Part shown: piece after piece, positions 39,691 through 56,530 of the stretch
Numbering within the stretch: position 1 is the first letter of the stretch
How the letters are laid out: each line of letters opens with the position of its first letter
From: Vitrella brassicaformis CCMP3155
Taxonomy: Eukaryota; Protista; Chromerida
Direction of reading: 5' to 3'
Assembly: GCA_001179505.1 (NCBI GenBank)
Contig: CDMY01000309.1
Location: forward strand, 63,479-127,478
Length of the DNA stretch: 64,000 nucleotides
The notes under the pieces: model-generated
What the model was told of the DNA's origin: nothing
Databases searched by the model: none
Seen by the model: only the letters and a program-made list of their open reading frames with translations
Program-made: the position numbers and the translations under genes

Positions 39691-39889
39691 GCACCAGGTG
39701 TGTCTCTGCTACCAGCGTGGATTCAATTGATGGGTTTGGCTGGCACCAGGTTTTTCTACTATTCGCGCCTCGGCGAGCCATGGGCCCACGCCATAGCGAC
39801 TCTCGACTTCTCAGGCAGACAAGCCGCAGAAGACAACACGGCATCCATGTATGACCTCGTATGTTGGGCACCTTGTTTGTGTTGTCAGG

Positions 39890-41550
39890 GTTGAGCAAAT
39901 GCGCGCAGAAAGATGCGGCGCGTGGTATCGTCCCGTTGATCGGTGCGGCAGCCGGTAGTCAACTTCGTGCGTACTTCGACGCCATACATCTGACGGGGCC
40001 GCCTGGAACATTGGCCAGGGCCTGTGGCCACGTGCTCTGGCAGGAGTTCAAAGGGTGGTCCGACATAGAAGCAGGTCAGCAGGAGCCGATGACAGTGCCG
40101 GTGGTGTGTCAGCCCGTCGCCTGCCCGTTTTTCTGTCTGTGTCCAGGCGGCAAGGTGTTCCCGATCGCAGGTGCTTACTACGACACGCCTCTGGATCCGT
40201 GTATGACGCCCGCACGATCCCCTGGTGACTTGACGGGAGAGCGGCACACCACAGACACGGTGTACCTTTATCTGCAGCTGGCCTCGACCCACGCATGCCC
40301 ATGGGCCTGTTGCAGCACATCCTGAGACACCCAACAATGTCGGCCAAGCAGCATTTCTGGCTGTCGTGGTTCTCTCAGAGGAGCTGGCTGTGGAAGTCCT
40401 TCGATCGCGACGAAGCACTGGCGGCCTCGCTGGATTACGTCGACATGCCCTACAGAGAAGTGAGATGTCTCCCGTGACACGAGGCCGATGTGACTGGGTT
40501 CTGTGCTCGGCTGTGTCAGTGGAAGTATGGCATCAAGACTTACGACATTGAGACCAAGGAGAGCATGGCACCCCGCATCAGCTCGATGCCTTTCCTTTGG
40601 CCTTCATTCGACCCAAAAAAACAGGTGTCCCTTAGCAACGATAACACGCACATCCAGTAGCATTTTTCTGTCGTTGCGTGTGCACGATCAGCGGTTGATC
40701 TTCCAGCGCAAGACCTTGCTGCCAACGCCCTCTACGGCAAATATGGCATTACCAAGGAGGGCAAATTCAGGCTGTACGTGAGTGTGGCGGCGCACGGGCC
40801 GGAGGACGCTATCTGGATCATGGACAATCTAGCTTTTGAGATGGCTCGTGGCGGAATAGTCGATTCACACGGGGTGAGGTGGTGCAGCATGGGAGTGAGT
40901 ACGTGTTCCACCGCCATGCTTCTGTCTCTTCTGTCTCTGTCAGGGCACCGCCAATGCGCAAAAGAACAAGGCACTTGCCCGTGCTCACGAGCGGGGAGGG
41001 CTGGCCATGTGGAACGGCATTGGCTACTAGTACCCTCATGCAACACACACTCGATGGGTGGATGGGCGATTTCTCTGTGTGTGTGTGCAGTGAAAAGAAC
41101 TTCGGCCAGAAAGAAAAGCAGGGCGGGTACCTCTATCTTATCCGCTGTCAGCCCAGCGCCATGTCTGACAACAAGGAGGTGCAGCGACAGATCGTGCGAG
41201 TGCTGGATCCATCCTTTTCTGGAGACAAGATTCCGGCCAGGAAGTTTCTCTATCCGAAGGGTCTGCTCGACCGCTTTGGCCCCAAGAAAAGTGTGCGTGG
41301 TGCCAGCGAGCTGGACAGGGTCCGCGCCGCCTGGAAAAACGTGAAGCTCGCTATCCTGCGTGTCAAGAAAGGTAAGACACAGACACAAGCAGCATTTGCT
41401 GATGCCGGAGAGGCCACTCGGGTGCGTGTCTCTTCAGATGGCAGCTTGTTGGTCTCGACCAACCCCACGGCGTTCAGGGAGAAAGACGCCCTCATGAAAG
41501 AATTGCGGGGAGACCAATGTGACGGCTCGTGCCAAGCCGACAGCTTCTGA
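39890..41550 (+). CDS. Unrelated intron-containing hypothetical coding sequence lying inside family copy 2
   Basis: Exons splice in frame by eye: ...WQEFKGWSDIEA|GGKVFPIAGAYYDTPLDP...|AGLDPRMPMGLLQHILRHP...SLDYVDMPYRE|WKYGIKTYDIETKES...; later ANALYGKYGITKEGKFRLY... and EKNFGQKEKQGGYLYLIRC...KFLYPKGLLDRFG. No family recognised. Confidence 0.45.
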
Positions 41551-41679
41551 CACACTTTTCACTTCTTTGGTTGGTGGCTCATGGGTCGGCGAGACACTTC
41601 TTTCGAATGTCGGCAAAGGCGACACTTTTCACTTGCAAACAGATAGGGGGAGTGAACTGGCCTTGTGTTGGGCTGTGTG

Positions 41680-42393
41680 TGTGCCAAGGCAGTCGAGGTC
41701 AGGGAGGAGGAGCGTTCCGTCCAGGTGGGTTTCCCCAATGCCGCCGACGGAGCGGAGCCCCAGGACCCCGACCCGCTTGTGATCGACCTGATGCCCCTCG
41801 ACGCGTTCCCTAACGCGTATCGCTTTGAAGTCAACCACGAGAAGGGCTCTGTGATCGGAAGCAAGCTGGTCACCAGAATGCCCGCCGTGAGAGAGATGGC
41901 GCTGGGTAAGATGAATAAGGGCAGCGCAGTGAGGCTGCTGGAGGCGCTGGGGGGGACAAGGCATTGGAATATTTCGAGGCCAAGTGCGTGACTGGTGTGT
42001 GTGAGGGCGGACTTGCGTGGGGCGACCGTGCCGAGCAGCTGCCGACCATCACACGGCTAGATGTCAGCGTACTGGGTGAGTCATAGGTTCTGTCTCTCAT
42101 CTGAACTGCCCATCCCATGCTGCCTCTCTTCGTGTGCCATTGCCTGTGTCACTGCTGCAGTGCCTCGGGATTTGGGTGATGGCGATGCCGCTGGCGAGTT
42201 CGGCATTGCCTGCGTCAAGTCGCTGCTCAAGATCCGAGGCATCAAAGTGCTCAAGCTCTGTGTGCAATCTGGCGCCTTCAAGCGGCTGGTGGAGGAACGA
42301 ACCAATGGCGACACCGTTGAGGGGCTGGAGGGGCGATTCGAGTACATTGCTTGGAACGTACACAACACTCTCATGGTCAAGCCACACGAATGA
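41680..42393 (+). pseudogene. Lineage-expanded family, copy 2, 3' part (G-run frameshift at ~41950)
   Basis: DPDPLVIDLMP, KLVTRMPAV, WGDRAEQLPTITRL, VPRDLGDGDAAGEFGIACVKSLLKIRG correspond to the C-terminal half of copies 1 and 3. Confidence 0.7.
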
Positions 42394-42929
42394 CACCTAG
42401 GAAAGACCGACTAGAACAGTCAGTGAGTAAGATCATCCTGCAGTGCTGCTGGTTGTGTGAGATATTTTGTGGGTCATCCATCCATTCATTGATCTGTCAG
42501 GTCGCCGTGTGTCGGCCGATCAGTAGTAGTTGATTTGTGCGACTGTAGGAATGGGGATACCGTCATGCAGACTTGGTGTGGTGAGTGTGTATGTTCAATG
42601 GGCTTCGCTGCGATGTGCGGCCTCTGCACCAATGGCGTGCCATGCCACGTGCCATGTATTATACGCTCATTTTATGTGGATTTTGCCGTGAGTTTGTCCT
42701 GGTTGCGTGTGGGTCCTGGTACGTGTCCGCGTTATGCGCGTTCATCGGGACGATGTGTGGACAAGTGGACGAGTGCTGGATGCGATCGGTTGATTATCTC
42801 TCTCACGCGGCCGCCCGCCCTGAGGCTAGGCTGGAGAATGTCAGTGTGTGCGCCTTTCATTCATTGGGGGGAGAACTGTCATTAACCGTAACACTCGTCT
42901 GTGTGTCCGTGATACTCATACAAATACAG

Positions 42930-44290
42930 TCCCATCAGCACGCAGACTCAAACAGGCTCAAGGGGAGGAGGGATCAATCCCCGCCCCATCAGCACACCCC
43001 AGTCCCGCAAACCCTCCCCTCCCTCCCCCACGCAGACAGAAGCTAGTCGCACGCGCGAGGGCGATAGACAAGCGAGAGCGAATCCATCCAGACACATGAC
43101 TGAACCCCCGACCCTTCCACCCCTCCTTCTCCAACAGCGCATGAGCCATGTGGGCGATGAACACGTTGGCATCGTGTCCCCACACACCGTCACACGTCAC
43201 CACCAGAGGGCAGAAGGTCACGCGGGAGTCGCAGACGGCCGAGCGGTNNNNNNNNNNNNNNNNNNNNNNNNNNNNNNNNNNNNNNNNNNNNNNNNNNNNN
43301 NNNNNNNNNNNNNNNNNNNNNNNNNNNNNNNNNNNNNNNNNNNNNNNNNNNNNNNNNNNNNNNNNNNNNNNNNNNNNNNNNNNNNNNNNNNNNNNNNNNN
43401 NNNNNNNNNNNNNNNNNNNNNNNNNNNNNNNNNNNNNNNNNNNNNNNNNNNNNNNNNNNNNNNNNNNNNNNNNNNNNNNNNNNNNNNNNNNNNNNNNNNN
43501 NNNNNNNNNNNNNNNNNNNNNNNNNNNNNNNNNNNNNNNNNNNNNNNGCTACCACCCGGCGGTCGATGTGCGGCAGGGCGGCCTCCCTCTTGGTCTTGTG
43601 GGCGACGTCCTGCTGCTGCTTGCTCCGGGTGAGGGCGTGGCGGATGGTGGCACGATGGTCGCCAGGGTGGAACGGAGCCTTGCCTTGGACGGACTTGGAG
43701 ACCACCTTGGTGCTCGCGCGGGAAGCGGGGTAGGCGGCTGCGGCACGGTCGAGAGGGTCACGTATGCCGGTGCCGCCATGCCGGGCAGGCAGCAGCATCA
43801 GGTCGACCTCGGACGGCGTCACAGGGCCGCCGAGGAGGGCCGGCAGCAGCTCCTTGGCGATGGCCTCGCGGAGGGGGCTGAGAGCGCACTCGTCGGTGAG
43901 CACGACGCGAAAGACGTAGTCCCACTCCATCTGCAGAGACCTCGTCATTGCCGCGTGGGCCGTGTGTGGGAAGTTGCGGGCAGCAGACGTGAGCGCGCGC
44001 ACGCCGCGCACCCACCCCTCGACCTTCTCGCAGAGGAACGCCGCCCTTCCCCCCTCATCGCCCACGTAGCCGCCCAGGAACCTCTTGCCCGTGACGATCT
44101 GCACCCCCTCGGGCTCGAAGAGTTCCCTTGCGATCTGCTCGAGCTCGGGTTTGACGACGAGGAAGGACTTGGCGGTCTCTGGGTGATAGCCGTATGAGGG
44201 ACCGATGCGACGCAGGGCTCGAAACCACACGAGGATGCCGTGAAGTTTGCCGAGCGCCGACGAGTCATCCGCATACCAGCACTGCCGCAG
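42930..44290 (-). mobile_element. 5'-truncated non-LTR retrotransposon, CRE/R2-like (RT C-terminal half + restriction-enzyme-like endonuclease tail), spanning a gap
   Basis: Intronless QCWYADDSSA (YADD RT catalytic motif), GPSYGYHPETAKSFLVV, RFLGGYVG, LPARHGGTGI, then FCPLVVTCDGVWG...HVSGWIRSRLSIALARATSFCLRG, typical of the REL-domain C-terminus. RT motifs upstream of YADD are absent. Confidence 0.85.
43248..43547. other. Assembly gap (300 N) inside the retrotransposon
   Basis: Run of N. Confidence 0.99.
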
Positions 44291-44597
44291 CGGAGCGCTA
44301 GATGAAGAGGCCGACGGGGCCGACGAGGCCGACAAACTCTCTTCCTCACCAACTCCAACACCTTCTACATCAGAACACACACATACACCCGCACCATCCC
44401 CCTCTGCTTCTGGTGGCGTGTCACTGGCTTCTTCTGGCCTCTCTTTCATTCATTTTATTCAAACGCTTTCGTTTAGTGTCACTTGAGAATGTCGAAGAAG
44501 ACGTCCGAGAGCGTCGAACACGCCATCGTTTGTTTCATGGATGCCATGTGCCAGGGTTGAAACCCACACCCTAATTGTCGCCTGGTGGACAATCGGG

Positions 44598-46745
44598 ATG
44601 AGTGAGTCGGCATCGAAGCGGCAGAGGCAGACGGTCGAGGGAGAGGAGCATGGCTTGGATGACGGACACCACGAGGCCGTGATGGACACCGACGGCCGGC
44701 AGCAGCAGCAGCAGCAGGAGGCCACGGCATCGCACACCACACACACCATAGATCTGGAGGCCTTTGCACAGCGCTTTAGCCAAATCGTAAGCTGAGATGC
44801 ACCAAACGAACCACTGGCAAACACACACATCCTCATTGTCTCCTCTCTCTGTGTCTGTGTGGTGTGTGTTGTGCACTCAGCCTGTTGTTGTCGCCTACGT
44901 CTTCTCGTTCGTGTCGCTTCATTTGGTGGCGGCGCTGCCCCAGCGGCTGTGGCGCCACGTCGGCTGCCAGATCACCCAGCTGGTCATGGACACCTACGAC
45001 ACCGCCGAGCGGCGCTTCTGGTGCGGCCTCTCCTTCGCTGACGCCTTCGAGTGGGGCCGGCGACTCACACAGCTCAGATCCATTGTCGTCATGTACCCGA
45101 GTAACCTCCGCGCGGACAGAGAGCCGCAGCGGCCACAGCAGCCGGGCGGCAGGCGCCAACCACCTTGGAGTCCATCGACATAATCAAGGGCGAATCGGCC
45201 ATAGTCGTCGACGAGGCCGAGGGCCGCGATATCCGAGCTGCTAGAGAGCGGTTGGCGGCTCTCCCCCCTGCCCTCGACCCGCCACTCACCCTCACATCCC
45301 TCAGGTCCATCACAGGTGTCCCGGGGGGATATGAGCCCTCCTACCCGGGCCGCGGGCGGCACTGGCAGCTGCCCTCGCTCGAGAAGGTGCAGGTGCGGGG
45401 GATGCTGTATCGCGGTGAGATGTTGGGAGAGCTAGTGGGGACGTCACGGCGCCTCAAGGAGCTGCACGTGGAATGCCACCCTGACGTCATGGCCAACTCG
45501 CTGGCGCAGATCCCGGTGGCAGCGGCCGGCCAGCCGGGGTTGCTGTCGCAGCTGGAGGATGTCGGCACGCTCAGAATGTCGAGCGCGAGCGCTAGGGGTC
45601 TGGAGCGCCTTCAGGTATGCGACGAACCACACAAGCTACACAAAACCAGAGAGAGTGGGCGAGAGCTTCCTTGTGATGTGCGTGTGTCTTTGTGCAGGCC
45701 GTCCTTGTCAACCGCGGCTGCCGCTCCATCAAGAAGCTCAAGGTCACGTTCGAGGAGCTCTGGACCGACAGCAGCATCTTTGCACCCCTGTCGGCCATCG
45801 AGGCCTTCAGACGTGCCGTCTGTGTGAGCCTTGATATTTCCGTCGCCATCAACAGCAACCGAGGCTTTGACCTGTCCCTCCTCTGCGACACCCCCATCCG
45901 CCCGGAGCCCTCCCCCTTCGTGCAGAAGCACATCCAGCAGCTGGCGGCCAACGCCACCACGGCGTCCTTCTTTTTCGGCCCCGAGCACTTCGCCACCCCC
46001 GGGCCTCTCGACACGCCCAGCCCCGCTGCCATCGCCCTCGCACAATCCCTGACCTTCCCCGAGGCGAAGGAAGTGGTCGTCGGCATTAACGTCGAAGAGC
46101 TCGACGTTGATGCTGACCAGCCTGACCCACTTGTGATCGACAGCATGCCACACAGCGCATTCCCCGCCGCATCGCGTCTGTCGATTCAAACGAGCGAGGT
46201 GCATGCGGGTGGCCGCAGGCTGCTGACCAAAATGTCCGTCGTCAAGAGCATCGATCTGGATGAGCCCACAGAGGCGGATGCGGCGGGTGTGCTGGAGGCG
46301 GTGGGGGGGGAGAGGGAGTTGGAGTGTTTCAACGCCAAGTGGGTGACGGGTGTGGGTGAGGGGGGGCTGACGTGGGGCGACCATGCCGACCAGCTGCCGA
46401 CCATCACACGGCTAGAGGCCAGCGTAGAAGGTGAGCCATGAGATCTGTCTCCTCCCATGATGTCTCTCGTTGTGTGTCCTTCCCCATGTCTCTGCAGTGC
46501 CTGAGGATTTGGGCGATGGCGATGCCGCTGGCGAGTTCGGCATTGCGTGTGTCAGGTCGCTGCTCAAGATCCGAGGCGTCAAGAAGCTTCGGTTCGCGCT
46601 GTGCCGAGGTGGAGGGCAGAGCTTCAGGCGGCTGGTGGGCGAACGGACGCATCGCGATACCATTGGGGGGCTGGAGGGGCGGTAGGACATCGAGTGGTGG
46701 GGATATCGGGGAGATTCCCTCACTCTCAAACGGCTTGACACCTGA
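44598..46745 (+). CDS. Lineage-expanded family, copy 3 (most intact; TAG at 46683-46685 ends it about 20 codons before the stop used by copy 1)
   Basis: MSESASKRQRQTVEGEE...; intron 1 and the start of exon 2 are nearly identical to copy 1; the tail downstream of the TAG (SLTLKRLDT*) aligns with copy 1's NTLTLKALDT*. Confidence 0.7.
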
Positions 46746-47298
46746 CGAAAGACGACAGGTGCGTGCGGTTTGGCTACCTTGGATCGATGCGCGCGCTTGT
46801 CCACTGCCGGGGGTGTGTGTTCGGCTGTCTGTTTACCTGTCAGGCCGGCCCGTCAGTAGCTCATGTGTAGAATGGGTTGCAGAGGGAAGGTGGTTGAGGT
46901 GCTGCCACGATGGAGGGATCCTCTCGTGCGTGGCTGCTGGACTAATTGAGCCGCAGACATCCAGCTGCAGACTAATAATATGATCACGGATGTCTGCGTG
47001 CTGGACAAAGCATCGAAGGCTGAAAGTTCATCGGCCGCATTTTCTCTGATTGCTGCAGTGGCATGGCCATGGACAAAGATAGCCACATTCACATGCTTCC
47101 ACTACCAGTACCTACCAGTACTATGTCCCTGCCCGTAGCTCTTAAGTTTTGAGCGGCCATCCATGCATTCATCGATCAGCATCCATCCATTCATTCATCG
47201 CTGCAGCTTCCCTTCCGTGGATGCCTCTCTCTGTCTCTATCTCTGTCTCTGTGTCTGTCGTTCCTGCCTTCCCTGGCCTGGTCCTTCTTTCCTTCACG

Positions 47299-48348
47299 TC
47301 AGCGCATGGCGTGTACGAAGCCTGTGTGCCGCGCGACCGCAGTCGAGTACAGACTCGCAGTGTTGAGAACGGCTCCCTGACCAACACAACACATCACGTC
47401 ACGAGACACATTGATGGATGTTGTCTTATGTGTGTGTTAGGCAGGTGTGCTGGTTCGCTGTGAGTGGGTGGATGATATCATGAGTCACGTCTTTTCCCAG
47501 ACTGACGAGATAGTTGTGAAGCGTCAAGTAGTCGGTGTGCTCGGCCGGCAAGTTGATGTGGTCGGTCGACAAGGCAAAGACTCTTATTACGATGCTGTCG
47601 AAAGAACAGACAGAAAGCGGAGACAGACAGAGCAGAGAGTGTCCGTCCATTGTGTGATAGAGAGAGTGTGGTTTCTTCCCTCCCACCCACCAGTTGAAGG
47701 GTCGGGTAGATGAGACGTGCGGACAGGGTCCTGTGTACGGTAGAGCCACCTTCGCCCCTGATTGCATCGCATCGCATCGCATCAATCAATGGATGCCATT
47801 GATGCGATGTGTGGCACATTCATGTCATTCATGTGGACTGACTGCGATTGACTGATTGATCGTACCAACCAAGTGCATTGAGGTCTGTCGAGTCTGATAT
47901 TGCTGTGACGGTCTTGGGGAGGTCGTAGACAAGCATCAGGGGCTGAGGGGCGTGTTGGTCATACTGTGCCTCACACACATCACATACATACATATATATC
48001 ACACCCATCATCATGTCTCTCTTTTTTTCTGCTCTTACGGCGATGAGAACGAACGACTTGGTGCCGCTCGGTGCATCCTCCCAATACAGCTGAGGCGTCT
48101 CGTTCTTGTCTCCACACTCCAAGCCGTAGTATCTATCAGGCAGTGCCAGAGACTTGTCGTCAGGCAGCTCACAGAAGGAGCTGCCGAATTCCCGGCAGTC
48201 GAGTACACGGAGAAGGCCTACACAGTCGACTGTGACAATGAGAGTGACAGTTTTGTTTGTTTGTTTGACCGACCAGGGCATGGTGGTGGTGTGAGACGAA
48301 GCAGCAGACGAGCGACACGACGAGGCACTGCCAGCGAAGCAGCATCAT
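47299..48348 (-). CDS. Secreted PEBP-fold protein, YbhB/YbcL (Raf kinase inhibitor-like) type
   Basis: Signal peptide MMLLRWQCLVVSLVCCFVS; LPDRYYGLECGDKNETPQLYWEDAPSGTKSFVLI, LMLVYDLP, YTGPCP, IRVFALSTDHINLP, GAVLNTASLYST follow the YbhB pattern (N.SP.L.W...P.GTKSF.L; Y.GPCP; F..YAL). Confidence 0.8.
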
Positions 48349-48360
48349 GGTGCTCGATGA

Positions 48361-48887
48361 TTGATTGATTGATCGATTGTATCCACAGCTTGATGCGATG
48401 CAGCAAATTGCCTTCACACACGCGCACGCCAACGCGACAGTCAGAACAATCAATCACGTACAGACGCATACGAATAAACGACAAACAGACACACCAACAA
48501 ACAGACAGACCTACAGTGTCCCACAACTCGACGACATACACACATACGTACGGCAAATCAATTGCAGTCAGTCATCAGTGCACTCTCTGCATGACTGACT
48601 GACTACGGCAGCTGCAGAGCCATCGATCATTGATTGATTCATTCCTCAGTCTATGGAATGCATCCATGCATCCCATCCCATCCCATCCCATCCATCACTC
48701 CTCCCCCACACGGGACTTGTGCACCACCTCCGCACGAATCGCACCGCCAGGCTTCACCTGCACAGCACACGGACAAAGAGAGGTGGATGTGGTCTATGAA
48801 GGTGAAGGCGTGTGTGAAGGCCATTTGCTGAATCAATCGCATCAAGTCAAGCTGTGCGCGCATACAAGCGATCAATCAATCAATCAA
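48361..48887. repeat. Imperfect inverted repeat, arms ~48361-48423 and ~48808-48887
   Basis: Arm 1 reads TTGATTGATTGATCGATTGTATCCACAGCTTGATGCGATGCAGCAAATTGCCTTCACACACGC; arm 2 reverse-complemented reads TTGATTGATTGATCGCTTGTATGCGCGCACAGCTTGACTTGATGCGATTGATTCAGCAAATGGCCTTCACACACGC. Confidence 0.75.
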
Positions 48888-49954
48888 CGTCGTCTGGTTG
48901 GGTGCCATGCCCCATCACACTATCCATCCCATCACAGCCTTCCACCAGTACGGACCACTACCCGCGCGCCCACCCACCCACCTTTGGGTCCACGGGTTTG
49001 ATTTGCTCCCTCGATATCGAGGTTGCCGGTTGCTTGGGCATCATGGCGGGCGAGTCGGCTATGACGGAAGGCAGCCGGAAGTTCTTGAGCTGATCGGGAG
49101 TGGCCGGCCAGAACTGCAGGATCGTCCTGGGGTTTTCGAAGCGAGAGGCCCTAATGGGCAGATTGACGGGCTTGGCCAGGTCCTTGAGCTCGGAGCAGAT
49201 GCGCTGCGTGCGCTCGATGGCCTGCTGCGCCGTGCCCCTCTTGCCCCTGAGCAGCTCTATCTCGAGGCGGTGGCCCTTCTTGAGGAAGTCCCGGCACTGG
49301 CGCACCTTTCTCTCGTAGTCCTGCTCGGCGGCCACGCCGCTGATGCGCACCATCTTGACCTTGAGTCCTGGGTCGAATGAGTACTGCCCCTCGAGCGTCT
49401 TCTGCTGCCTCTCCTCCTTGCTGACGATCTTTCTGGCCTTGGTGCGGACCTCCTCCCGGTAGGTCTCGATAGGCACAAGTCGGCAGAGCGGCAGCGGGTC
49501 GGCCGAGGCCTTGAAGAGGATAAGATCGGTGGAGCGGGAGCGGGCCAGCTGGACGCCCACGGTGGACGACATGTCGCCCACGAAGCCCTTGTCGTCGATG
49601 ACACGGATGTGGTCGTACACCGGGGGGATCTGCTCATTCATTATCACGTCCGCAGACGCCTGAATCAGCCGACCAGTCAGCCATCACACAGGGCTGCAGT
49701 GACATGCACAACTCTGTGTGACCCACCTCTGTGTCATCTTCAGCAGTCAACGTTTCTTCAGCTGCACGAGGTCCTGCTGCAATCGAAAACGGCTGGCACT
49801 TTATCAAGCAGGGACTCGCTGGACGAGCTGGAAGGGACAGATGGAAGTGCCCAGTTCGCTCAGGCGCAGCGGTGCTTCCAGGCGTCGGCGCATGACAACA
49901 GAGTGATGCCGCCAGGCGACCTCGTCGCACCAATGCGCGGAAATGGCTCCACAT
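48695..49954 (-). CDS. infC: Organellar (probably mitochondrial) translation initiation factor IF-3
   Basis: MNEQIPPVYDHIRVIDDKG, DLILF, PLCRLV, KVKMVRIS..AEQDYERKVRQCRDFLKKGHRLEIEL match IF3 N- and C-domains; Arg/Ala/Leu-rich presequence MWSHFRALVRRGRLAASL; probable last exon VKPGGAIRAEVVHKSRVGEE*. Confidence 0.8.
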
Positions 49955-50025
49955 CAAAAAAGAATGCGAGCCGAAAAAAGCGATCGGTGGACGATATAAT
50001 GACTCACAGCTGATTTTTCAGGTAT

Positions 50026-56419
<6,394 letters not shown>

Positions 56420-56530
56420 CACGGATGAATGGACCAACCAGATTCGCTACGCGTTCAGACGGGCGGGGAGAGAGGGCCGGGGCGATCGGGGGGCACATCA
56501 GGCGCGGCCGCCAGCCCCCCGTCAGTCGTC

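Noticed and set aside
40715-40750. NALYGKYG resembling family-B DNA polymerase motif B (KxxxNSxYGKFG), with PRMPMG upstream, suggesting a Polinton/plasmid polymerase in the insert
   Set aside because: The invariant Lys four residues before Asn is absent in this frame (D-L-A-A-N), and no DxxSLYP or YxDTDS motif was found nearby. Treated as a coincidence unless a profile search says otherwise.
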